NCBI GenBank assembly: GCA_963844215.1 | Contig: CAWJNH010000001.1 | Span: 76,167 to 140,166, forward strand | DNA from: an uncultured Actinomycetota bacterium | GTDB taxonomy: Bacteria > Actinomycetota > Actinomycetes > Mycobacteriales > Micromonosporaceae | DNA: 64,000 nucleotides | Direction: 5' to 3' | Shown here: piece after piece, positions 24,622 to 33,765 of the stretch | How the letters are laid out: every line of letters begins with the position of its first letter | Numbering within the stretch: position 1 is the stretch's first letter | The notes under the pieces: model-generated | Databases searched by the model: none | What the model was told of the DNA's origin: nothing | Seen by the model: only the letters and a program-made list of their open reading frames with translations | Translations under genes and position numbers: made by a program

Positions 24622-25815
24622 TCAGACACGGTCTCCGGAGACGGTGAGGCGGACCGCGGTGTACCCGCGCAGCACGAAGGTCGGGCGGTGCACCGGCTCG
24701 GCGGCGAGCGCCAGCCCAGGGGCCTGGTCGAGGAGGGCAGCCAGCGCGGCCCGTAGTTCGATGCGGGCCAGGGGCGCGCCGAGGCAGAAGTGCAAGCCTG
24801 CGCCGAAGCCGACGTGCGGGTTGGGATCGCGGCCCACGTCGACGTCGTCGGGACGGGCGAACACGGCCGGGTCGCGGTTGGCCGCGCCGAGCAGCGCGGC
24901 CACCTCGGCCCCGGCCGGGATCGTCACCCCGGCGACCGGCACGTCGGCGGCGGCGGTACGGATGAACATGTGCAACGGCGGGTCGTACCGGATCATCTCC
25001 TCGGCCGCGGCCGGGATGAGGGTCCGGTCGGCGCGCAGCCGGGCCAGCTGATCCGGATGCCGCAGCAGGGCCACCACTCCCCCGCCCAGAGCGTTCACCG
25101 AAGCCTCGTGGCCGGCGTTGAGCAGCAGGATCGCCGAGGCGACCAGTTCGTCGGCGGACAGCCGGTCGCTGCCGTCGCGCGTGGCCACGAGATGGCTGAT
25201 CAGGTCGTCGCGCGGCTCGTCCCGGCGCTTCGCGGCCAGCGTCGCGAGGTAGTCGGCGAACTCGACCGCGGCCGTCACCGCGGCGGCTTCCGTCTCGGCC
25301 GATCGCGCGACCTCGTACATCCGTACGATCGCCGCCGACCACGGCCGCAGCCGATGGCGGTCGGCGACGGGCACGCCGAGCAGCTCGGCGATGACCGTGA
25401 CGGCCAGCGGCTCGGCGACGTCGGCCAGCAGGTCGAACTCCGGACCGGCCGCGGCCAGCAGGACCGTCGCCTCCGCGGCCACCGCGGGCCGCAAACGTTC
25501 GACGTGGCCACGCGCGAACGCCCGGGCGACCAGCGAGCGCAGCCGGGTGTGCACCGGTGGCTCGTTCTCCATCATCTGGTTCCGGTGCAGCCGGTTGAAC
25601 GGTTCGAAGACGTCGACGGGTTCCCGGTCCTGCCAGAACCGGCCGAACCGGCGGTCCCGCAGCACCGCGTCCACGGCGGCGTGGCTCGCCGCCAGCCACC
25701 GGCCCGTGCCGGCATGCCAGCTCACCGGCGCCCGCTCGCGCAGGCGGGCGAGACTCGGGTACGGGTCCTGCAGGAAGTCCGGATCGGCGAAGTCGATCTC
25801 CACCCGGCCCATCAT
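24622..25815 (-). CDS. Cytochrome P450
   Basis: EEMIRY (ExxR), FGAGLHFCLG heme motif, I-helix AGHEAS. Confidence 0.92.
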   Translation of the reverse strand: MMGRVEIDFADPDFLQDPYPSLARLRERAPVSWHAGTGRWLAASHAAVDAVLRDRRFGRFWQDREPVDVFEPFNRLHRNQMMENEPPVHTRLRSLVARAFARGHVERLRPAVAAEATVLLAAAGPEFDLLADVAEPLAVTVIAELLGVPVADRHRLRPWSAAIVRMYEVARSAETEAAAVTAAVEFADYLATLAAKRRDEPRDDLISHLVATRDGSDRLSADELVASAILLLNAGHEASVNALGGGVVALLRHPDQLARLRADRTLIPAAAEEMIRYDPPLHMFIRTAAADVPVAGVTIPAGAEVAALLGAANRDPAVFARPDDVDVGRDPNPHVGFGAGLHFCLGAPLARIELRAALAALLDQAPGLALAAEPVHRPTFVLRGYTAVRLTVSGDRV

Positions 25816-26066
25816 CCACCCGTCGACGTCTTGCGATCCGGTGGATACGTCCGGTGATCCGGGGCACGCTCACCCCAGCCGCGGAGGGTGACGGTAGCGT
25901 CGAGTGCGAGGTGGCCGGAGGTCGGACTTCGCCGATGCGGATCTCGGTCGACGGCGGCCACGATGGCGCCTTCCGTACCGACAGTGTGGTCGGCGCGGGG
26001 CGACGCCTCCTGGCTTCGGCACAGCTCGCTCGGGCACGGCGCGTGGTCAGTCGGAAGGTATGTGTG

Positions 26067-27152
26067 ATGAGCGATTCCGGTCGTGTCGACAGGTTCCAGC
26101 GCGAACACGCTTGGACCGGCTTTCCGCTGGCGGTGTTGTACAAGTTCTTCGACGATCAGGGCAGCTACCTCGCCGCTCTGATCGCCTACTACGCGATCGT
26201 CTCGATGTTTCCGTTGTTGTTGCTGTCCACGACGATCCTGGGTTACGTCCTGTCCGGCAACCCGGGCCTGCAGCAGCACATCCTCACCTCCGCGCTGAGC
26301 GAGTTCCCGGTCGTGGGTGACCAGTTGCACCAGCCGTCCCGGATCGGCGGCGGCGTCGCCGGGCTGGTCATCGGGATCCTCGGAGCGCTCTACGGCGCTC
26401 TCGGCGTGGCGCAGGCGGTGCAGTACGCGATGAACTCGGTCTGGCAAATTCCGCGCAACGATCGGCCCAACCCGATCAAAGCCCGCGGTCGCAGCCTGCT
26501 CCTGCTGGCCACCGTCGGGCTGGCCGTCGTCGGGACGGCCACGCTGTCCACCTACGGCCGGGGCGACGCCGGGTCGCTCGGCGGCCTCGCGCGGACCTTC
26601 CTGCTCGTCGCGTCAGTGGTGATCAACGCGATCGTCTTCGTCTTCGCCTTCCGCGTCGCGACCGCCCGGCCCCTGACCGTGTTCGACGTGGCGCCGGGCG
26701 CGATCGGGGCGGCGGTGGTCTGGCAGTTGTTGCAGACCTTCGGAGCCGCGTACATCCAGCACGTGGTGAAGGACGCCAGCGCGATCAACAGCGTCTTCGC
26801 CGTCGTACTCGGCCTGCTGGCCTTTTTCTACCTCACCGCCGTCACGATGGTGCTGTGCGCCGAGATCAACGTCGTACGCGTCGAGCGGCTCTATCCCCGC
26901 GCGCTGCTGACCCCGTTCACCGACAACGTGCAACCGACTAGCGGTGACCATCGCGCGTACACCGGCCAAGCTGTCTCACAACGCAGCAAAGGCTTCGAGA
27001 ATATCGACGTCAGTTTCGACAAGCCCGCTCCGACGGTCGAGGATCACGACGACCCGAGTGCGGAGGATGAGGAAACCGCGCCCGATGGCGGCCTTGCACC
27101 GGAACCGCCGCCGGAACCGCTCAGCCGGCACACACGGCCGGGCCAAGGGTGA
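26067..27152 (+). CDS. YihY/BrkB-family membrane protein
   Basis: KFFDDQGSYLAALIAYY..SMFPLL; multiple TMs. Confidence 0.85.
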   Translation: MSDSGRVDRFQREHAWTGFPLAVLYKFFDDQGSYLAALIAYYAIVSMFPLLLLSTTILGYVLSGNPGLQQHILTSALSEFPVVGDQLHQPSRIGGGVAGLVIGILGALYGALGVAQAVQYAMNSVWQIPRNDRPNPIKARGRSLLLLATVGLAVVGTATLSTYGRGDAGSLGGLARTFLLVASVVINAIVFVFAFRVATARPLTVFDVAPGAIGAAVVWQLLQTFGAAYIQHVVKDASAINSVFAVVLGLLAFFYLTAVTMVLCAEINVVRVERLYPRALLTPFTDNVQPTSGDHRAYTGQAVSQRSKGFENIDVSFDKPAPTVEDHDDPSAEDEETAPDGGLAPEPPPEPLSRHTRPGQG

Positions 27153-27199
27153 CCGGGACGGACTGACCACGGTGCGACGGAATCCGACATGATCGAGCC

Positions 27200-27943
27200 G
27201 TGCGCGACCTTCTGACCAATCTGCTGGCAAGCATCATCGCCGGTACGGCCGTCTGGCTTGCCGGGTTCGTCCTCCGCCGGCGCAAGCTGAGCCGCGAACG
27301 CGCCTTCTTCGGCCTCACCGCCGGAGCGAGCTGCCTGCTGGTGGTCTCCAGGCACGCCTCATCACCACGCGAGTTCAGCGTCCACCGCCGGGACGTCGCC
27401 GCGTTGGTGGAGCTGGCGATCATCGCCCGCGAGTGCGGCGCGCGCGCCGATCGGGTCGGCGAGAACCAGCCCACCGGAGAGATCGGCCGGCTCACCGAAT
27501 TCTGCGTCGGCGGCCCCGGCGCCGCCGGCCCGCGCAGCGCCACACACGTGCGCACGATCCTGCGCGGCGTGACGTACGAGGTGTTCGACGAGGAGAAACG
27601 GCGGATGTCGTTCACGGTCGGCGGGAACGAGTACGTCCAGACCGAGGACACCCACTACGCTCTGCTCGCCCGGTTCTGGGGGCCGGCCGGTGGACGCCCG
27701 GTGTTCTTCATCGGCGGCCTGACCGCGGCCGGCAACCTCGCCGGCGCGCGTTACCTCGCCACACACCACGCCGAACTCGCCCGTACATACGGCGCCGACC
27801 GACCGTTCGCACTCGTGCTGCGGATCGTTGAGCCCACCGCCTACGGCGCCGATTTCACGGAACCGGTCGCCGACGTGACCGACGTCGCGTTCCAGGCGCC
27901 CGCTGCGGCCGTCCCCCATCCCGACGACCGCGCCGATCCGTGA
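27200..27943 (+). CDS. Hypothetical protein with N-terminal TM
   Basis: Long ORF with GC-rich third codon positions. Confidence 0.65.
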   Translation: MRDLLTNLLASIIAGTAVWLAGFVLRRRKLSRERAFFGLTAGASCLLVVSRHASSPREFSVHRRDVAALVELAIIARECGARADRVGENQPTGEIGRLTEFCVGGPGAAGPRSATHVRTILRGVTYEVFDEEKRRMSFTVGGNEYVQTEDTHYALLARFWGPAGGRPVFFIGGLTAAGNLAGARYLATHHAELARTYGADRPFALVLRIVEPTAYGADFTEPVADVTDVAFQAPAAAVPHPDDRADP

Positions 27944-27971
27944 CCGCCGGTCACACGACTCAGGGGCGCGC

Positions 27972-28334
27972 TCAGGCGTCCCCGAGGGTGCTGAATTGAA
28001 TGCCGGCAAGTCGCCAGCCGTCGGCTTGCTCGACCCAGGTCTGGCTGACGCGGGCGGTCAAGGCCATCTCCTGACCCCGCCAGATGGACGTGCTGTGTTG
28101 CACGTACCGGACGATCGCCGCATGGTCATAACAGCTCACCTCGACGTCACTGCTCTGCAGGCCGGTGTAGGAGAAGTCGGCGAACTTGCCCAGCCATTGA
28201 GCCTTGTCGAGCATGTAGCCCTGATCGCCGATGGAACGGAAATCCTCGCTCAACAACGTCTGCAGCGTGGCGGTGTCGGCGTGTGATTCGGCCTCCGCGA
28301 AGGCTTGCTGGAGGCTGGACGGCTCGAGGTTCAT
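27972..28334 (-). CDS. NTF2-like (DUF4440) protein
   Basis: LLSEDF, QTWVEQADGWRLAGIQ. Confidence 0.75.
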   Translation of the reverse strand: MNLEPSSLQQAFAEAESHADTATLQTLLSEDFRSIGDQGYMLDKAQWLGKFADFSYTGLQSSDVEVSCYDHAAIVRYVQHSTSIWRGQEMALTARVSQTWVEQADGWRLAGIQFSTLGDA

Positions 28335-28521
28335 CAGGAGATTCTTCCCGACCGCGTACGCGCGGCGACTCGGACCCGTGCCACCGGGCACTTGGCCGCT
28401 CATCTCAGCCGGACGGCCGGCCACGCCGACGCCCATGGTCATCCACGGCCATGGTCATCCACGGCCATCTGACACCCCGGCGATGGGGCACGGGCAAGTC
28501 GTCCGGCTGTCGATCTGCCGT

Positions 28522-28791
28522 TCAGCGGGCGTAGCGGGTCTCCGCGCGGGCGCGCGCCTTGGCCGCCTCGACGTCGCGGTTCTTCGGCGGGGCCGTCGTC
28601 ACCAGCTGTTGCAGCAGGATCCGGGTAGCCTCGGCCACTGCGGCAACCGCCTGGTCGAAGGCCTCCTGGTTGGCCTGCGACGGCCGGGTCGACCCGCCGA
28701 CCTTGCGGACATACTGCAGCGCGGCCGCCTGCACTTCGTCCGCCGTGGCGGGCGGCTCGAAGTTGTGCAGCTGATGGATGTTTCGGCACAT
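28522..28791 (-). CDS. DUF2277 protein
   Basis: MCRNIHQLHNFEPPAT..AAALQYVRKV. Confidence 0.85.
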   Translation of the reverse strand: MCRNIHQLHNFEPPATADEVQAAALQYVRKVGGSTRPSQANQEAFDQAVAAVAEATRILLQQLVTTAPPKNRDVEAAKARARAETRYAR

Positions 28792-28877
28792 GGCAGCCAG
28801 CCTACGACTCCACCGCGCGACCTGCTCCGGCCGCGGCGGAAGCGTGTCGACGCCGCGGTCGATGGCATGCTTGATCG

Positions 28878-29489
28878 GTGGGCGCGCTCAACGAGACCAG
28901 GAGAGAGTCCGTACGGCTGGTGGCCGCGCCACGCTGGGTCGCACCCGTCTTCGCCGTACTCGGCGTGGTCACCGTGCCCTGGACGGTCTACCTCGCGATG
29001 ACGCTCCCGAAGCAGGCGAACACCCACCATTACCGGCTCGCGTGGGTGGGGTACGACGCCATGCTGATCCTGGTCCTGCTGGCGACTGCTTATGTCGCGT
29101 GGCGGGGCAACCGGCTGGTTGAGCTTCTGGCCACCATCACCGCGACCATGCTCGTGGTGGACGCCTGGTTCGACGTGACGACCTCGAACCGGACCGGCCG
29201 GCTGGTCGCCATCCTCTCCGCGCTGTTCATCGAACTGCCGCTGGCGGCCGTATGCGGCTGGATCACGATGCACGTCGATCAGGTCATCGAACGCCGCCTG
29301 CGCGGGCTCGCCCGGCGTGCCTCGCGCTTGTCCGCGGCGGCTGAGGCCCAGGCGACCGCGTTGGAATTGATCCGGTCGGCGCGCTCCGCCACCGCCACGG
29401 CGGTGCTGCGCGACGAGGATGCCGCGGAGGGCGCGCGGGCCGCGGAACGTACGGTCCGCGACGCTGAGAAGGACGACCCGGCCGTTTGA
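28878..29489 (+). CDS. Membrane protein
   Basis: PWTVYL, WVGYD, DAWFDV, ELPLA. Confidence 0.7.
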   Translation: MGALNETRRESVRLVAAPRWVAPVFAVLGVVTVPWTVYLAMTLPKQANTHHYRLAWVGYDAMLILVLLATAYVAWRGNRLVELLATITATMLVVDAWFDVTTSNRTGRLVAILSALFIELPLAAVCGWITMHVDQVIERRLRGLARRASRLSAAAEAQATALELIRSARSATATAVLRDEDAAEGARAAERTVRDAEKDDPAV

Positions 29490-29640
29490 CGTATGGCGCC
29501 GGCTGGGCGCATCCGGCGAGCCGGACGCTGACCAGACCCGACCGCAGTGCCAGATTCCTGTGCTTCGACTTGGTCGAGGTACTCCCGCGCGCCCGGCCCG
29601 ACTGCACACCGGCTTCCGCTTCGGACAGCGATTCCGGGCG

Positions 29641-29664
29641 GATTAGCGCACGCGTGCGCGGGTA
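29641..29664 (+). promoter_or_regulatory. SigB/SigF-family promoter candidate
   Basis: GATT-N14-CGGGTA; a similar GAAT-N14-CGGGTA lies at 31975-31998. Confidence 0.45.
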
Positions 29665-29697
29665 GGCGCAGGGCGACGACAGGAAAGGGTGGTGGGC

Positions 29698-31107
29698 ATG
29701 CCGATCGCGACGATCAACCCGGCCACGGGTGAGGTGGTCAAGACCTTCGACGCGCTGCCGCAGGAGCAGATCGACGCCGCGATCGGCCGGTCGGCCGGCG
29801 CGTTCCGGGCGCTGCGGGCGACGTCGTTCGACCAGCGGGCGGGTTGGATGCGGGCGGCCGCCGACCGGCTCGAGGCCGAGCAGGACGAGTTGGGCGCGCT
29901 GCTGACCCTCGAGATGGGCAAGACGCTCACCGCGGCCAAGGCCGAGGTGGTGAAGTGCGCCGCGGCGTGCCGTTTCTACGCCGAGCACGCCGAGCAGTTC
30001 CTGGCCGACGAGCCGGCTGATTCCGAGGCGGTCGGCGCCCTGCGCGCGTACGCCCGTTATCAGCCGCTGGGACCGGTGCTGGCGGTGATGCCGTGGAACT
30101 TCCCGCTGTGGCAGGCGATGCGGTTCGCCGCCCCCGCCCTGATGGCCGGCAACACCGGCCTGCTCAAGCACGCCTCGAGCGTGCCACAGACCGCCCTGTA
30201 TCTGGGCGAGCTGTTCGCGCGCGCCGGTTTCCCGGCCGGCGCCTTCCAGACGCTGCTGGTCGGCTCGGACGCGGTCGAGGGCATCCTGAGCGACCCGCGG
30301 GTCCGCGCGGCGACGCTCACGGGCAGCGAGAACGCCGGCCGGTCGATCGCCGCCATCGCCGGCCGGGAGCTCAAGAAGACCGTGCTCGAGCTCGGTGGCA
30401 GCGATCCGTTCGTGGTGCTGCCGAGCGCCGATCTGGACCACGCGGCGCAGGTCGCGACCACCGCCCGCACGCAGAACAACGGCCAGTCGTGCATCGCGGC
30501 CAAGCGGTTCATCGTGCACACCGACGTGTACGACGCGTTCCTGGCCAAGTTCGTGGCGAACATGTCGGCACTGACCGTGGGCGATCCGATGGACGACGGC
30601 ACCGACGTCGGACCGCTGGCCACCGAGCAGGGCCGCGCGGACGTCGAGGCGCAGGTGGCCGACGCGGTGGAACGGGGCGCCTCGGTGCTGTGCGGCGGCC
30701 GGCGCGACGACCGCGCCGGCTGGTGGTACCCGCCGACGGTGGTAGCCGGCCTAACCCCCGAGATGCGGATGTACGCCGAGGAGGTGTTCGGTCCGGTGGC
30801 CGGCGTCTACCGGGCCGGTTCGCTGGACGAGGCGATCGAGCTCGCCAACGGGACTTCGTACGGGCTCGGGGCCAACGCCTGGACCAGCGACGCCCCGGAG
30901 AGCGAACGGCTGATCGACGAACTCGAGGCCGGGGCCGTGTTCATCAACGGGATGGTGACCTCGTACCCGCAGCTGCCCTTCGGGGGCGTCAAGAACTCGG
31001 GGTACGGCCGGGAGCTGTCCACCGCCGGCATTCGCGAGTTCTGCAATCTGAAGGCGGTGTGGGTCGGGGCCGGCGACGAGGCGAGCGTGGGCTCCGCGAC
31101 CGAGTAG
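29698..31107 (+). CDS. NADP-dependent succinate-semialdehyde dehydrogenase
   Basis: VMPWNFP, TLTGSE, LELGGSDP, NNGQSCIA, EEVFGP, PFGGVKNSGYGRE. Confidence 0.88.
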   Translation: MPIATINPATGEVVKTFDALPQEQIDAAIGRSAGAFRALRATSFDQRAGWMRAAADRLEAEQDELGALLTLEMGKTLTAAKAEVVKCAAACRFYAEHAEQFLADEPADSEAVGALRAYARYQPLGPVLAVMPWNFPLWQAMRFAAPALMAGNTGLLKHASSVPQTALYLGELFARAGFPAGAFQTLLVGSDAVEGILSDPRVRAATLTGSENAGRSIAAIAGRELKKTVLELGGSDPFVVLPSADLDHAAQVATTARTQNNGQSCIAAKRFIVHTDVYDAFLAKFVANMSALTVGDPMDDGTDVGPLATEQGRADVEAQVADAVERGASVLCGGRRDDRAGWWYPPTVVAGLTPEMRMYAEEVFGPVAGVYRAGSLDEAIELANGTSYGLGANAWTSDAPESERLIDELEAGAVFINGMVTSYPQLPFGGVKNSGYGRELSTAGIREFCNLKAVWVGAGDEASVGSATE

Positions 31108-31123
31108 GGGAAGGAGAACGGCA

Positions 31124-31933
31124 ATGACGAAGCGGTACACCGACTACGACCGGGTCGCCGTGGTGACCGGTTCCGACTCGGGGATCGGCGAGGCGATCGC
31201 GGTGGCGCTCGCCGAGGCCGGGTTCGACGTCGGGGTGACCTACCGATCGGACAAGGCGGGTGCGGAGAGTACGGCCGAGAAGGTACGCGCGGCGGGGCGG
31301 CGATCGGACGTACGGGCGCTGGATCTGACCGGCGTGCCCCAGGCGGCCGAGGTGGTCGACGAGCTGGCTGACGCCCTCGGCGGTCTCGGGGTGCTGGTCA
31401 ACTGTGCCGGCACCGGAACCTCGACCCCGATCGTCGAGACCAGGTACGACGAATGGCGCGAGGTGCTGTCGGTCGACCTGGACGGTCCGTTCCTGTGCGC
31501 TCAGCGGGCCGCCCGGCGAATGCTGGCCGCCGGGCGCGGTGGCCGGATCATCAACATCACCAGCGTGCACGAGCACGCCCCGCGGGTGGGTTCCGGCGCG
31601 TACTGCGCGGCGAAGGGCGGTCTCGGGATGCTCACCAAGGTGATGGCTCAGGAGCTGGCCGCGTCCGGAATCACGGTGAACGCGGTCGCGCCGGGCGAGA
31701 TCGCCACCGAGATGACCGGTAACGAGGACGTCGACCCGCACACCGTGGACCGGCCGGGCATCCCGGCGGGCCGGCCCGGCGATGCCAACGAAGTCGCCGC
31801 GGTGGTGGCCATGCTCGCCGGACCCGCCGCGGCCTACGTCACTGGGGCGTCCTATGTGGTGGATGGCGGCATGCTCCTGATGGGGCCGCAGGCCGGTTCG
31901 CACCTGACCTCGGACGAGTGGCGCAACGGCTGA
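31124..31933 (+). CDS. Short-chain dehydrogenase/reductase
   Basis: TGSDSGIG, VNCAG, YCAAK, PGEIAT. Confidence 0.9.
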   Translation: MTKRYTDYDRVAVVTGSDSGIGEAIAVALAEAGFDVGVTYRSDKAGAESTAEKVRAAGRRSDVRALDLTGVPQAAEVVDELADALGGLGVLVNCAGTGTSTPIVETRYDEWREVLSVDLDGPFLCAQRAARRMLAAGRGGRIINITSVHEHAPRVGSGAYCAAKGGLGMLTKVMAQELAASGITVNAVAPGEIATEMTGNEDVDPHTVDRPGIPAGRPGDANEVAAVVAMLAGPAAAYVTGASYVVDGGMLLMGPQAGSHLTSDEWRNG

Positions 31934-32009
31934 GACCAGCAGCGCACGATGACAACCGGCCTGGCCCGAGCCAGGAATGGGACGCGGGACGGCGGGTACC
32001 CGCCGGGAC

Positions 32010-32225
32010 ATGACCACAGACGCTTTCACCGAGGTGCAGAACCTGCTGAACGATCTCGACTTCCCCGCCGACAAGGATGCGGTCGTCCGGCACGCCGTGG
32101 GACGCGGCGCGCCGGAGGATTCGCCGGCGGTCAAGGCGCTGCGGGCGATGCCGGTGGCCACGTACCGCAACATGTCCGAGATCCGAAGTTCGGTGGACCT
32201 CCCCCCGGACGAGATGCCGTCCTGA
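32010..32225 (+). CDS. DUF2795-like small protein
   Basis: LNDLDFPADKD..L..MP..Y. Confidence 0.7.
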   Translation: MTTDAFTEVQNLLNDLDFPADKDAVVRHAVGRGAPEDSPAVKALRAMPVATYRNMSEIRSSVDLPPDEMPS

Positions 32226-32445
32226 GCGGCGGCGTACGCCGGCCGTTGGCCACCGGCGTCCCCCTCAGCTCGAACCCCACGGCGGGGTGTTACGTTCGCT
32301 TCATGGGGGCGTCCGGGGGCAACCGGCCGCGCCGGTCCGAGTATGTCGGCGTGCGGTTCGAAGACGTCTCGCCGGGCTGTCCGCCGGAGTGGGGACGGCG
32401 CGGCGGCGCTCCGCAGCCGAGGCGGCAGATTGTGGGGTCGAACCG

Positions 32446-33105
32446 GTGATCGAGCCGCTGTTGCCGGACGGTGTGGTCGCCTACGAGGAGTTCGCCGACC
32501 AACCCGACGAGCCGCCCTTTCCCGGGGAGGAGCTCCTGATCGCGAGGGCGGTGGAGGGCCGCCGCCGGGAGTTCATCACCGCCCGTGGCTGCGCCCGCCG
32601 CGCTCTGGCCGACCTCGGCCATGCACCCGCACCGATCCTCTCCGGCGCCCGGCGCGAGCCTCTTTGGCCGGCCGGGATCATCGGCAGCATCACGCACTGC
32701 GCCGGCTATCGGGCGGCCGCCGTCGCCCGCTCGGATGATCTCGCCGGTCTGGGTATCGACGCCGAGCCGAACGCTCCGCTGCCGGATGGTGTCGAGGAGT
32801 CGGTGGCCTCCGCCGGCGAGCGGGAGCGACTGCGCGAGCTCTCGGTCCGGGCGCCGCACGTGAGCTGGGAGCGCCTGCTGTTCAGCGCGAAGGAGTCCGT
32901 CTACAAGGCCTGGTTTCCACTGACCGGGCGGTGGCTCGGCTTCGAGGACGCCGACCTGACGATCGACCGGGCGGCCGGCACGTTCCGGGCGCGCCTGCTG
33001 GTCGACGGTGAACGGATCGACGGTGGCACGCCGTTGACCGAGATGAGCGGGCGGTTCGTCGTGGGAGAAGGGCTCGTTCTGACGGCAGTGGCGATCAGCC
33101 GATGA
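32446..33105 (+). CDS. 4'-phosphopantetheinyl transferase (EntD-type)
   Basis: RRREF, PLWP..GSITHC, GIDAE, FSAKESVYKAW. Confidence 0.9.
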   Translation: MIEPLLPDGVVAYEEFADQPDEPPFPGEELLIARAVEGRRREFITARGCARRALADLGHAPAPILSGARREPLWPAGIIGSITHCAGYRAAAVARSDDLAGLGIDAEPNAPLPDGVEESVASAGERERLRELSVRAPHVSWERLLFSAKESVYKAWFPLTGRWLGFEDADLTIDRAAGTFRARLLVDGERIDGGTPLTEMSGRFVVGEGLVLTAVAISR

Positions 33106-33158
33106 TCCGCTGGACGATCATGACGGTGCCCAGCACCACCAGGATGACGCCGGCGTGA

Positions 33159-33731
33159 TCAGGGGCGGTACTCCTCGGCGATCCGGGTCACGGTGCCGGC
33201 TTTGATGGTCACGTGCACCAGGAAGTTCACTTTGTTGGCCGCGGCCATCGAGGAAAATGTGGCGGTGTTCACCGGGCAGCTGCCACCCTCGTTGATCGAG
33301 CCGATGCACTCCCCGTCATCGGTCACGGCCCTGAAGAGCTTGACGCCCGGGCTGACCGGTACGGCCGCCTTCTGGTAACTCCGCACCAGCACCGTGTCTT
33401 GGCCGCAGCGTCCGTCGTCGGCCCTTATCCGGTACTTCTTGCAGAATGCGGCGGCGTCCATGAAGACCACTGGCTCGATTACCGCCGAGTGGGCGGCGGC
33501 GTCGAACGAATACAGCATCGCTGCCGTTGAACTGTCGCCTTGGGTGACGTCCGGATAGCTCGGGCCTGGGGCCGGTGGTTTCACCGAGGTCTTCGGGGCG
33601 GGGCTTTGGCTCGCCGCCGTGGTGGAGGCGGCGTGCGGCTCGAGACCGGCCGCGGCGCAGCCGGTCAGGAGCATCGACAGGGGCAGCGTCGTCAGGGCCG
33701 CGACGCGGAATCTCGCATTCACCATCGTCAT
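33159..33731 (-). CDS. Putative lipoprotein
   Basis: Lipobox LLTGC; four further Cys; start uncertain. Confidence 0.6.
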   Translation of the reverse strand: MTMVNARFRVAALTTLPLSMLLTGCAAAGLEPHAASTTAASQSPAPKTSVKPPAPGPSYPDVTQGDSSTAAMLYSFDAAAHSAVIEPVVFMDAAAFCKKYRIRADDGRCGQDTVLVRSYQKAAVPVSPGVKLFRAVTDDGECIGSINEGGSCPVNTATFSSMAAANKVNFLVHVTIKAGTVTRIAEEYRP

Positions 33732-33765
33732 CCTCCGAGCCGGATGTGACACCGGCGAAAGGCGG

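Noticed and set aside
24622-33105. Secondary-metabolite cluster (P450 plus PPTase)
   Set aside because: No scaffold-forming enzymes; intervening genes are unrelated
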